NCBI GenBank assembly: GCA_031556475.1
Contig: JAVBSY010000004.1
Span: 380-64,379, forward strand
Reading direction: 5' to 3'
Length of the DNA: 64,000 nucleotides
DNA from: Azoarcus sp.
Lineage (GTDB): Bacteria > Pseudomonadota > Gammaproteobacteria > Burkholderiales > Rhodocyclaceae
In this document: piece after piece, positions 1-8,719 of the stretch
Position numbering within the stretch: the first letter of the stretch is position 1
How the letters are laid out: the number at the start of each line of letters is the position of its first letter
Position numbers and translations under genes: made by a program
The notes under the pieces: model-generated
What the model was told of the DNA's origin: nothing
Databases searched by the model: none
What the model saw: the letters and a program-made list of their open reading frames with translations, nothing else

Positions 1-168
1 TGTTCTATCAAACAGTTGCGTCTTCAGATCCCGTTCAAGCTCTAACATCTTGCGGCTAACGGTGGGAAGAGGAATTCCAAGACTCTTGGCTGCCAATGTA
101 AAACTGCCATTGTGGGCAGATGCAACGAAAATTCTAAGGGAATTGTAGTCAAGGTTGGATGCTCTCAT
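1..168 (-). CDS. LysR-family regulator, N-terminal HTH (runs off the window edge)
   Basis: Manual translation from ATG at 168: MRASNLDYNSLRIFVASAHNGSFTLAAKSLGIPLPTVSRKMLELERDLKTQLFDRT, a typical LTTR HTH. Divergent from the 428 ORF. Confidence 0.85.
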   Translation of the reverse strand, partial: MRASNLDYNSLRIFVASAHNGSFTLAAKSLGIPLPTVSRKMLELERDLKTQLFDRT

Positions 169-232
169 TGGTGAGAGTCTCTCTCTCATATTTGTGCCTA
201 CTTATTGCGACCGTGGTTGGTCATAATACCAC

Positions 233-247
233 CTTGCATGGTGCAAG
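233..247. promoter_or_regulatory. Putative LysR recognition site (T-N11-A palindrome)
   Basis: CTTGCATGGTGCAAG dyad between the divergent LysR and hydrolase genes. Confidence 0.5.
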
Positions 248-427
248 TTCTTGATATATAGAGCAACACGAACTGCGGGACCACGCTGGAAATCCAAAAA
301 GGATGGGAGGGGGTCTCTCGTTTTTGTTAGGGGATGGTCAGCAGGAGGCGCCGAGTGCATCAATATCATTGATCTGCCGAATAGAACTCAGAACATCACA
401 TTGTCGTGAAAAGGATAGTTAACAGTT

Positions 428-1426
428 ATGTGTAAAATTGCAGCTCAAATCCTCTGCAGCCTATCGCTGGCATTGTTACCCACTAGCATGGTCTTGGCCG
501 CACCTGCACTGGAGGTGCTTGGGAAAGACTATGTTTTCCCCAATAAGATTGCTGGTCTTCCAGAAAAGTTATCTGATTTTAGGGATTTGCAGATAAATTC
601 TTTTAAAACCAATGATGGTGTAAAACTCACCTATTGGGAAGCAGGTTCTGGAAAGCCCTTGATTTTTATTCCGGGTGCCAGTGCCAATGGTGCCGAGTAT
701 ATCAATGTGATGTATTTGCTTAGCAAGAATTATCACGTCTACGTGCTCGACCCACGCAATCATGGGCTGTCGCAAAAAGTTGACTATGGCATGAGAATTT
801 CTCGCTTTGCCATGGACCTGAAAGAACTGAACACTCACCTTGATATAAAGTCTGCCGACTATTGCGGCTGGTCGATGGGGGCTTCTGTTCTTTGGAGCTA
901 TATCGATCTGTTTGGCACTGGCGGAATCAATAAGGTTGTTTTTATTGATGAACCCATTTCAATCTATTCCCATTCGGACTGGTCAGAGAAGGAACGACTT
1001 GATGCTGGTGGCATTACGTCTTCGGCAGAAGATTTTCTTTCTGGATTCACAGGCAGTACACCAATCACCAACCCTATTCTTATTAGGCTAATGGACCGTT
1101 TCAATGCAAAAGACTCACCTTACTATGTGAACTCTGAAAGCTTTGCGAACGAATTCATAAAAACAGATTTTAAATATATTTCGCTGTTCATGTTTGATCA
1201 TATTACGAATGATTGGCGTGATGTTATTCGCTCCAAAATCAACGTTCCGACTGCAATTTTTACGGGGGAATACACCGATAACGTGCCGGGGCAGCGATGG
1301 ATGAAGTCAGTCATTCCGGACTCCAAGCTCTATATTTATAGCAAGGCAGAACAAGGCGATCATTTCCTTCATTTCAAAAACCCCATAAAGTTCACACAAG
1401 ACCTTCGGGAATTTCTTGAGAAGTAA
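428..1426 (+). CDS. Secreted alpha/beta hydrolase (non-heme chloroperoxidase/YdjP-like)
   Basis: 332 aa; N-terminal signal peptide, oxyanion region FIPG, nucleophile elbow GWSMG, C-terminal His (GDHFLH). AT-rich compared with the flanks. Confidence 0.85.
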   Translation: MCKIAAQILCSLSLALLPTSMVLAAPALEVLGKDYVFPNKIAGLPEKLSDFRDLQINSFKTNDGVKLTYWEAGSGKPLIFIPGASANGAEYINVMYLLSKNYHVYVLDPRNHGLSQKVDYGMRISRFAMDLKELNTHLDIKSADYCGWSMGASVLWSYIDLFGTGGINKVVFIDEPISIYSHSDWSEKERLDAGGITSSAEDFLSGFTGSTPITNPILIRLMDRFNAKDSPYYVNSESFANEFIKTDFKYISLFMFDHITNDWRDVIRSKINVPTAIFTGEYTDNVPGQRWMKSVIPDSKLYIYSKAEQGDHFLHFKNPIKFTQDLREFLEK

Positions 1427-1719
1427 ACGGATTGAGGGCTGTTATAGCAACTGCCTTTAGTATCGCAAAATGAGCAAATAGCCCTTGGCTTTGCCCTGAT
1501 CATTACCCACATCTATTCGTTGTGTCGCATGGTTAAAAAATATGTCGATGATGTAGTGTAAATGCTGAAAGCCACGCCCCAATACGTGGGAGCCTGACGG
1601 GCGAGAAAGCCGCCAAGTTTGGCAGTCCACAGTAACAACCTCTGTCAGCGTGGGTGGTGTTGAGGCTGGTTCCGGTACTCGCTTCATGTGGCATCCAATG
1701 CCTGCCTTCGTTCTGGGTA

Positions 1720-2115
1720 GAAGAGCGCGAGGTGGAGAAGGCCTATGCGCGAGCGGTCTTCAACGTGTTGTTCCATAACCGTGATGACCACCCGAAGAAC
1801 TTCGCTTGGCGCCTCGGGCGGGATCGGCGCTGGCGGTTGGCCCCGGCCTTCGACCTGACCTTCAGCGAAGGCCCGATGGGCCAGCATCACATGGACGTCT
1901 GCGGCGAAGGCGATGCCGTGATGCGAGGCCACCTGCTGCGCCTGGCCTCGGAGGGTGGCGTGCCACCGAAGGCAGCCGAGGCCATCATCGACCGGATGTT
2001 GGCGCAGGCGACGACCTTCACCCAGCGCGCAGCGACGGTTCCGATTCGCCGGGCGACGGCGCGGCAGATGAATGCGGCGATCGACGCGTGCCGTCAGCGG
2101 CTCGCAAGCGCCTGA
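1720..2115 (+). pseudogene. hipA: HipA-family kinase toxin, C-terminal fragment only
   Basis: Motifs HNRDDHPKNF and WRLAPAFDL. No N-terminal half; AT-rich DNA abuts at ~1720. Confidence 0.8.
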
Positions 2116-2216
2116 GTCCTGCGCCACGCCTTGAGCACACGGTCTGTTGGTGGCTCTCCCCCCGCTTCCTGCTGTCCCAGTTCACGTAACTGCGCTACGT
2201 TCTAGCAGCGGCAGGC

Positions 2217-3530
2217 TCAGGCCTGCGGCTCGGAGACGACTTGGGCCATCTCCTGCCGGCCGTGCGTTCGGCCCAGCCAGAAGCTCAATGCCAGCCAGAT
2301 CAGTGACAGCGGCACGCCGATGACGGCGATCTGGCTGATGCCCAGTCCAAGCCCCATGAGGCCCGCATAGCTCCAGCTTCCAACCTGATCGCCTCCGCGA
2401 TAGATCACCGTATCGATGAAGTTCTTTGCCTTGTAGCGATCTTCCCGCTTGCTGGACGTAAACAGGACTTCGCGTGCCGGGCGTGCCAGTGCAAAGTTGG
2501 CAACCCTGCGCGCAACCTGCGCCGCGACGAGTACGCCAACCATCGGGTACGCCGCAAGACTGGCAAAGCCGATAACGCTGACCAGCGGCAAGACGCACAG
2601 TGTCGGCAGAACGCCAAACCCGGTCATCAATCGTCCCGTGAGAAAAATCTGTATGAAAAGCGTGATCGCATTCACCCACAGATCGATATTGGCGAAGAAC
2701 GCCGTCCGCGCTTCACGGTTGGGAAAATTTGCCTCGGCAATGCTGGCTTGTTGAAAGTACAGGAAGGTGGATGTGACCGAGTAGATCAAGACAAAACACG
2801 CGATGCCGAGCAGATAAGGGGATCGGAAGGTGTGGGTCATTCCGGCGAGAATGCCGCCGCCCACGGGTTTGTCTGCATCGTCTTTGCGCTCCGACCCCAA
2901 AAATCTGCTGCTGGAGCGTGACAGCCGGCCAGACGCGAGTACCGCCACCTCGATCAGCACGATGGAAATGACGATGAGCCCGATGCGCCCAATGTGCTCG
3001 ACAAGGCCGCTCGTCAGGGCCGAGCCGATCAGACCACCAAGGCTCGCCCCGGCAGCAAGAAGACCAAAGAGCCGCTTTCCCTGGCCGCTGTCGAAAATGT
3101 CCTCGATGAATGACCAGAAGACGGAGACGACGAACAGATTGAAAACCGACACCCAGATGAAGAAGGCCCGGCCAATCCAAACCTGATGCGCATCGGCGCT
3201 TGTCGCCAGAAGGATGGCGAAGACGATGAGATTCACCGCAAAGAACCGGTAGGAAATCGCGATGAAACGTGCTCTGGTGAAGCGCCGCACGGCATATCCA
3301 AACAGCGGGGTCACCAGCAGCATGGCGAGCAAGGTGCCGGTGAACAACCAAGGCAGATTCTTTACGCCGCCGGCGACACCAAGTTCATCCCGGATGGGAC
3401 GCAAAACATAGTAGGCCAGGAACAACGCAACGATGTAGGCAAGCGACCAGGCAACCGCAGGCGCTTCTTCTGGCCGAATGCCAGTGATGCGCTGGATGAT
3501 ATTCGCCTCGGCATCTCCTTCCTCGCGCAT
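2217..3530 (-). CDS. MFS-fold transporter, ATP:ADP antiporter (NTT/TLC)-like
   Basis: 437 aa, about 12 hydrophobic segments; YYVLRPIRDELG, FNLFVVSVFWSF and RYKAKNFIDTVIYRGGD motifs. Confidence 0.75.
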   Translation of the reverse strand: MREEGDAEANIIQRITGIRPEEAPAVAWSLAYIVALFLAYYVLRPIRDELGVAGGVKNLPWLFTGTLLAMLLVTPLFGYAVRRFTRARFIAISYRFFAVNLIVFAILLATSADAHQVWIGRAFFIWVSVFNLFVVSVFWSFIEDIFDSGQGKRLFGLLAAGASLGGLIGSALTSGLVEHIGRIGLIVISIVLIEVAVLASGRLSRSSSRFLGSERKDDADKPVGGGILAGMTHTFRSPYLLGIACFVLIYSVTSTFLYFQQASIAEANFPNREARTAFFANIDLWVNAITLFIQIFLTGRLMTGFGVLPTLCVLPLVSVIGFASLAAYPMVGVLVAAQVARRVANFALARPAREVLFTSSKREDRYKAKNFIDTVIYRGGDQVGSWSYAGLMGLGLGISQIAVIGVPLSLIWLALSFWLGRTHGRQEMAQVVSEPQA

Positions 3531-3533
3531 GTC

Positions 3534-4418
3534 TCACACCAGCGGTGTTCCCGTTGCTCGTGCCAGTTCGCTGAGCAACTGGTCTTGAAACTGCGTATCG
3601 AGGACTGCGGGATGCGGCTCCAAACGCTGTTGATGGTGCCAATACCCGCCGCTGGTCAGTGCCTGCGGGTCGTTGCTGGTAGCAAGCCACTCCTGGGTGA
3701 GGTGCCCCAGCCGCAGATCATCCGGTGCATTCGCGCCCCCCATCTTGGTAGGAACCCAGCCCGGATCGACCGCGTTGCTCAGAACATCGGGCCACAGCCG
3801 TGCCACGGCTGCGGCAAGGGTGGTGACGAACAGTTTGCTGTCCGAGTAGGAGCCTGTGGAAGTGCGGCCTGACCAATCCAGCCCGGCAAGACTTGCGCGC
3901 CCGCCTTTGTGCATGCTGCTGCTCAGGTAGATCAGGCGCCTGGGGCGCTGGATGAGCGCCGTGAGCAAATAGGGGGCGACAACGTTGACGGCAAGAACCT
4001 GTGAACCGGACATGGTGCCCGCGTTATGAATCACGGCGTCCATCTTGCCGATCTCATTGACCTGACGGGCGAGCGCCCGCGTTTGCTCGAAGTCCGAAAG
4101 ATCGCCGATCGTCGCGATGGCGCCTTGGTTCACGAGATCCTTCACGGCAGACAGTCGAGCCTGAGATCGAACGTGAACGACGACATCGCATCCGCTGGCC
4201 AGCAGCGTCTTCGCCGCGGCAAGTCCCAGACCATCCGAGGAGCCGGTAATGAAGATGCGGGCTTTCCGATCCGCGTCTCGCGGAGTGCGGGCCATGGCGG
4301 CCTCCTGTCGATGATCCGAGGGAGTCTGCGCCATGGATGCTGTGGTGGGCACGAGAGATCCCGCAGCCAGGCCCAGACCGATTTCGACGCCTATGGTGAG
4401 GAGTTTTCGGCGATCCAT
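3534..4418 (-). CDS. Short-chain dehydrogenase/reductase with Tat-like leader
   Basis: TGSSDGLG Rossmann motif, HNAG, YSDSK catalytic motif; leader MDRRKLL followed by a hydrophobic stretch. Confidence 0.85.
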   Translation of the reverse strand: MDRRKLLTIGVEIGLGLAAGSLVPTTASMAQTPSDHRQEAAMARTPRDADRKARIFITGSSDGLGLAAAKTLLASGCDVVVHVRSQARLSAVKDLVNQGAIATIGDLSDFEQTRALARQVNEIGKMDAVIHNAGTMSGSQVLAVNVVAPYLLTALIQRPRRLIYLSSSMHKGGRASLAGLDWSGRTSTGSYSDSKLFVTTLAAAVARLWPDVLSNAVDPGWVPTKMGGANAPDDLRLGHLTQEWLATSNDPQALTSGGYWHHQQRLEPHPAVLDTQFQDQLLSELARATGTPLV

Positions 4419-4433
4419 CGGTATCTCCTCCCG

Positions 4434-5483
4434 TCAATTGCCCAAGCTGGCACTGTCGATGACGAAGCGGTATTTCACATCGCCCTTGAGCATGCGTTCG
4501 TAGGCGGCGTTGATCTGATCGGCGCGGATCATCTCGATGTCCGCGACGATGCCGTGCTCAGCGCAGAAATCCAGCATCTCCTGAGTTTCGGGAATACCGC
4601 CGATCATCGAACCCGCCAGACTGCGGCGCTTCGTGATCAGACCGAACACCCCGGGCGAGGGGTGCGGCGTGGCGGGCGCGCCCACCAGCGTCATCGTGCC
4701 GTCGCGCTTGAGCAATTTGAAAAATGGGTCCAGGTCGTGCGGCATGGCCACGGTGTTGAGAATGAAGTCGAGGCTCTTGGCATGCGCGGCCATCTCGCCG
4801 GCATTGCGCGAGACGACGACCTCATCCGCGCCCAGTGCCCTGGCCGCCTCGCGCTTGGACTCGGACGTGGTGAAGGCCACCACGTGCGCACCCATGGCAT
4901 GGGCGAGCTTGATACCCATGTGGCCCAGGCCGCCGATCCCGACCACCCCCACCTTCTGACCCGGTCCCACCTTCCAGTGGCGCAGCGGCGAATACGTGGT
5001 GATGCCGGCGCACAGCAGCGGCGCCACGGCGGCCAACTGCGCCTCGGGATGGCGGATGCGCAGCACGTAACGCTCGTGCACGACGATCCGCTGGGAATAG
5101 CCTCCCAGCGTATGGCCGGGCGCGTCAGGCGTCGGGCCGTTGTAGGTGCCGACCATGTGATCGCAGTAATTTTCCAGCCCCGCGCCGCAGTCATCGCAGT
5201 CTTTGCAGCTATCGACGATGCAGCCGATGCCGACCAGATCGCCTGGCTTGAAGCCCGAGACGTGCGCGCCGACCGCGGAAACGCGGCCGACGATTTCATG
5301 CCCTGGCACGCAGGGATAGAGCGTGCCCGCCCATTCGGAGCGTACCTGGTGGATGTCAGAGTGGCACACACCGCAATAGGCGATTTCGATCTGCACGTCA
5401 TGTGCACCCGGTGCGCGGCGAGTGATGTCCAGCGGTTCGAGGGGGCGGTCACCTGCATGGGCGCCATAGGCTTTTGTAGTCAT
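4434..5483 (-). CDS. Zn-dependent NAD(P)H alcohol/aldehyde dehydrogenase (cinnamyl ADH/YahK-like)
   Basis: CGVCHSD, GHEIVG, structural Zn Cys cluster CxxCxxC, APLLCAGITTYSPL, GxGGLG. Confidence 0.92.
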   Translation of the reverse strand: MTTKAYGAHAGDRPLEPLDITRRAPGAHDVQIEIAYCGVCHSDIHQVRSEWAGTLYPCVPGHEIVGRVSAVGAHVSGFKPGDLVGIGCIVDSCKDCDDCGAGLENYCDHMVGTYNGPTPDAPGHTLGGYSQRIVVHERYVLRIRHPEAQLAAVAPLLCAGITTYSPLRHWKVGPGQKVGVVGIGGLGHMGIKLAHAMGAHVVAFTTSESKREAARALGADEVVVSRNAGEMAAHAKSLDFILNTVAMPHDLDPFFKLLKRDGTMTLVGAPATPHPSPGVFGLITKRRSLAGSMIGGIPETQEMLDFCAEHGIVADIEMIRADQINAAYERMLKGDVKYRFVIDSASLGN

Positions 5484-5498
5484 GATGAATGCTCCTGT

Positions 5499-5990
5499 TC
5501 AATCCTTGGAAAACACGATACGTACATCACCCCGGCCGAGCGCCTGCGCCAAACCGGTGGGGTCGTTCACGCGACCGAGGCGCGTATACGTGTACATTGA
5601 CTCGAACGTCAGATAGAACACAACCAGGGTGTTCGATCCATACAGCATGAGATCGCCATCGCGGACCGTTCCGGGCCGGCTGGCGTTCGCGGGCAGGGCT
5701 TGGGACAGCTTGCCGTGCTTTTCGTTGCCGTTGAGTTCCGTCATGTCCAGTGTCAGCGGCAATTGCGCGGCGAACGCGCGAGCAGTGGCGCTGTCGGCCA
5801 GGGTCATGGCGAAGCGATGTTCGCCGACAGCCATCCACATGCGTCGATCCTCCGGTGTCACGGATGCCACGGCAGCGACAGCGGGCGCACCCGATGCCTG
5901 CTGCTCGTGAGCTTCACCGATACCAAGCGCCATCAGCCCAAGCAGCAGGCCCACTGCGCGCATGGCGCGGTGCACCGTCTCTGTCGTCAT
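5499..5990 (-). CDS. Cyclophilin-like fold protein with signal peptide
   Basis: TARAFAAQLPLTLDMTELNGNEK and GDLMLYGSNTLVVFY motifs typical of the family. Confidence 0.75.
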   Translation of the reverse strand: MTTETVHRAMRAVGLLLGLMALGIGEAHEQQASGAPAVAAVASVTPEDRRMWMAVGEHRFAMTLADSATARAFAAQLPLTLDMTELNGNEKHGKLSQALPANASRPGTVRDGDLMLYGSNTLVVFYLTFESMYTYTRLGRVNDPTGLAQALGRGDVRIVFSKD

Positions 5991-6043
5991 CGTGTGGCTC
6001 CTTGCGCTTCATGGGTCTCAAAGCGTGGCTTCTTTCAGTCCTT

Positions 6044-7177
6044 TCATGCCGACAGATGCTCGGCGAAAAACGACGTGAGCTTGTCCCAGGGAATCAGGCT
6101 CACGCGGTCATACAGATCGACGTGGTTGGCACCCTTGACCCAATGCAGTTCCTTGGGTTCTGCAGCGCGCTGGTAGGCGTCTTCGCTGAACTCCCGGGAG
6201 TGCGCCTGGTCGCCCACGACAAAGAGCAGCGGACGCGGCGAGATCGTCTCGATGTCGTTGAACGGATAGAAGTTCATGAACTTCACTTCGCCCGCGAGCG
6301 TGCGGTTCTGCGTCAGTTCCAGCGTCCGGCCTGCCGGAATAGCCATGCCTCGCTTCGTCCGGTAGAAGTCGTGGTACATCGCGGTCACGGGATCGGCATT
6401 CGCCGGCAGTTCGACCGGCAAGTAATTCTGGAAAATCTGCTTGCCAGTGGTGAATTCCTGGTAGCGCAGTTCAGCGGCTTGGGCCAGCTTTTCCTTTCGC
6501 TGCTGGCGCGTTTGCGACTTGCCATAGCCGTTGCGGGTCACGGCTCCCATGTCGTACATGCTCACGGTGGCGATGGCCTTCATGCGCGGGTCGATCTTGG
6601 CGGCGCTGATGATGAAGCCGCCACTGCCGCAGATGCCGATGCCGCCGATACGCGCCCGATCCACCCCTTCGTGCGCACCGAGGAAGTCCACCGCTGCGCT
6701 GAATGCATCCGAATACATGTCCGGCAGCACCGCGTTGCGTGCGGCACCTTCGCTTTCTCCCCAGAACGGCAGGTCGATCGATAGGGCGGCAAAGCCCTGT
6801 TCGGCCATCCTGGTGGCGTACAGGTTTGCGCTCTGTTCCTTGACGGCCCCCATCGGGTGGCCGACGACGAGGGCGGGCAAGCGCGCGGCGGAACGCTCCT
6901 TCGGCATGAACAGATTGCCGACGACCTGCATGCCGTACTGGTTCTTGAAGGCCACCTTCTGCACCGTCACCTTGTCGCTCATGTAGAAGTTGTCGGCACC
7001 CTCCGGCATGCCCGACGTCTTCCACGTGTCCGCCGCGAATGCTGAAGTCCCTGCGACGGAGAGGATGCCCAACGCGGCGACACTGACGCCAGCAGCCTTC
7101 ACAAACTCACGGCGACCAACTGCCCCTGCGGCCAGGGCTTCCACGGTTTCATGGTCGGTAGTCGATTTCGTGTTCAT
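6044..7177 (-). CDS. Tat-exported alpha/beta hydrolase (YcjY-like)
   Basis: Likely start ATG at 7177 (GGAG RBS). GRREFVKAAG Tat motif, HPMGAVKEQ, GICGSGG elbow, HVDLYD. Confidence 0.85.
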   Translation of the reverse strand: MNTKSTTDHETVEALAAGAVGRREFVKAAGVSVAALGILSVAGTSAFAADTWKTSGMPEGADNFYMSDKVTVQKVAFKNQYGMQVVGNLFMPKERSAARLPALVVGHPMGAVKEQSANLYATRMAEQGFAALSIDLPFWGESEGAARNAVLPDMYSDAFSAAVDFLGAHEGVDRARIGGIGICGSGGFIISAAKIDPRMKAIATVSMYDMGAVTRNGYGKSQTRQQRKEKLAQAAELRYQEFTTGKQIFQNYLPVELPANADPVTAMYHDFYRTKRGMAIPAGRTLELTQNRTLAGEVKFMNFYPFNDIETISPRPLLFVVGDQAHSREFSEDAYQRAAEPKELHWVKGANHVDLYDRVSLIPWDKLTSFFAEHLSA

Positions 7178-7390
7178 TACCGATACTCCCTTGAAGATCG
7201 AAACGGGTCGGTTGGAGAGCGCGAATCGGCGCTCGGTGCGCAGCGGCCATGCGCTGCCGGCATGCCCTGGCACGCCCCAAAAAAGCTGCACTGACTCGAG
7301 GGCGACGGTTTCTCGTCCTGAATATTGACTGACGCGTGGGAATTTGATTAGTGGGTGTAATCTTCATGTTCTTGTGAGAAATTTTCAGGA

Positions 7391-8284
7391 ATGGCGCGAA
7401 AAAAGATCAACGATCTGCAGGCTTTCGTGGCCGTGGCGCGGGATCAGAGCTTCACCAAAGCCGCCGCCAGGCTGGGCATCACGCCGTCCGCCCTGAGTCA
7501 TGCGATGAGAGTGCTCGAGGAGAGGCTCGGCGTGCGCTTGCTCGCGCGCACGACGCGCAACGTGGCGCCAACGGACGCCGGCGAGCGATTGCTGCGTTCG
7601 ATCGCGCCCCTCTTCGATCAGATCGCGGCTGAAGTCGAAGCGCTCGGAGAATTGCGGGAAAAGCCGGCGGGAACGATCCGCATAACCTGTACCGACGATT
7701 CAATCGAGCTGTACCTGAGACCGATGCTGGTGGAATTCCTGAAGAATTACCCCGACATCACCTTGGAACTCTTCGTTGACTACGGATTTACCAATGTCGT
7801 CGAAGAGCGGTTTGACGCGGGGATACGGCTGGGCGAAGCAATCAGCAAAGACATGATCGCGGTGCGCATCAGCCCTGATTGGCGCTTGATAGTAGTAGGG
7901 GCTCCGGCTTATTTCGAGCGGTTTTCTCCTCCCGAGACACCTTATGAATTGACCAAACACACTTGTGTCAACATTCGGCATCGACCGTCCGGCACGATCT
8001 ACGCGTGGGAATTCGAGAAGGATGGCAAAGCCTTTACCGTCAAGGGCGAAGGCCAACTCGTGTTCAATAGCATCATGCACGTCCTCAATGCTGCTGTAGA
8101 CGGAATCGGCCTCAGTTACGTCCCCGAAGAACTGGCTGCGCCTTATTTGGCCGACGGTCGGCTGAAACAAGTTCTGGCAGAGTGGTGCCCCTATTTCCAG
8201 GGCTTTCATCTGTACTACCCCAACAGACGGCAGGCTTCCCCTGCGTTCACGGCGTTCGTCGAAGCATTCAGGTATCGCGGCTAG
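7391..8284 (+). CDS. LysR-family transcriptional regulator
   Basis: 297 aa; N-terminal HTH SFTKAAARLGITPSALSH, LLARTTR, substrate-binding domain. Divergent from the 7177-2217 operon. Confidence 0.95.
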   Translation: MARKKINDLQAFVAVARDQSFTKAAARLGITPSALSHAMRVLEERLGVRLLARTTRNVAPTDAGERLLRSIAPLFDQIAAEVEALGELREKPAGTIRITCTDDSIELYLRPMLVEFLKNYPDITLELFVDYGFTNVVEERFDAGIRLGEAISKDMIAVRISPDWRLIVVGAPAYFERFSPPETPYELTKHTCVNIRHRPSGTIYAWEFEKDGKAFTVKGEGQLVFNSIMHVLNAAVDGIGLSYVPEELAAPYLADGRLKQVLAEWCPYFQGFHLYYPNRRQASPAFTAFVEAFRYRG

Positions 8285-8361
8285 CGTTGTTGCCAGCGTA
8301 TGCGGATGTTTCACCGTCAACGCCTCGGACCAAATCATGGAGCATTGAGCACGGTGCGGTG

Positions 8362-8514
8362 TCAGGCCCCATCCGGACCGCGCAGCCGCAATGCCCCGAC
8401 GCGGCTGAAGTCGTCGACCGCCAGCAGGTAGTCCCGTTCGATAAGGGCCGGCAATTGCGGATCGGCCTTGCGGCGCTTGGCATGGTCGCTGGCGATGACG
8501 CGCCGGCCCCAGGC
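8362..8514 (-). pseudogene. Internal fragment of a second, different HipA-family gene
   Basis: Manual translation AWGRRVIASDHAKRRKADPQLPALIERDYLLAVDDFSRVGALRL resembles the PDxWGR...DYLLxVxD..RxGALR N-terminal region of HipA-domain proteins. Confidence 0.6.
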
Positions 8515-8668
8515 ATGGTGGACGTGAAGACGGCGCAGATTTATGCATGAGCCAACCTGGAGATGAAACGCCGCGCGCTGGAGAAGGTGGCGGGAGAGAC
8601 ACCTTCTCCGGCACTGCCGTCATTGGTAGCAGAGCAAGTCGCTGTTGGACCGGCTGCGGTTGCTGTAA
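8515..8668 (+). pseudogene. C-terminal remnant of a tyrosine recombinase (RIT-element-like)
   Basis: VDVKTAQIYA*ANLEMKRRALEKV, then (frameshifted) W*QSKSLLDRLRLL*. Includes the catalytic Tyr region; internal stops. Confidence 0.55.
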
Positions 8669-8719
8669 GGGCCGTGAGAGCGTACTGACGGCCCCGGATT
8701 CGCCGGGGCTGTCGAGATG

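Noticed and set aside
172-188. GAGAGTCTCTCTCTC dinucleotide tract as a phase-variation switch
   Set aside because: Too short and outside a coding frame; no supporting evidence.
1457-1687. 76-aa - strand ORF
   Set aside because: No motif; lies in the AT-rich junction zone; probably spurious.
4026-5600. 524-aa + strand ORF
   Set aside because: Antisense shadow of the SDR and ADH genes; no motifs.
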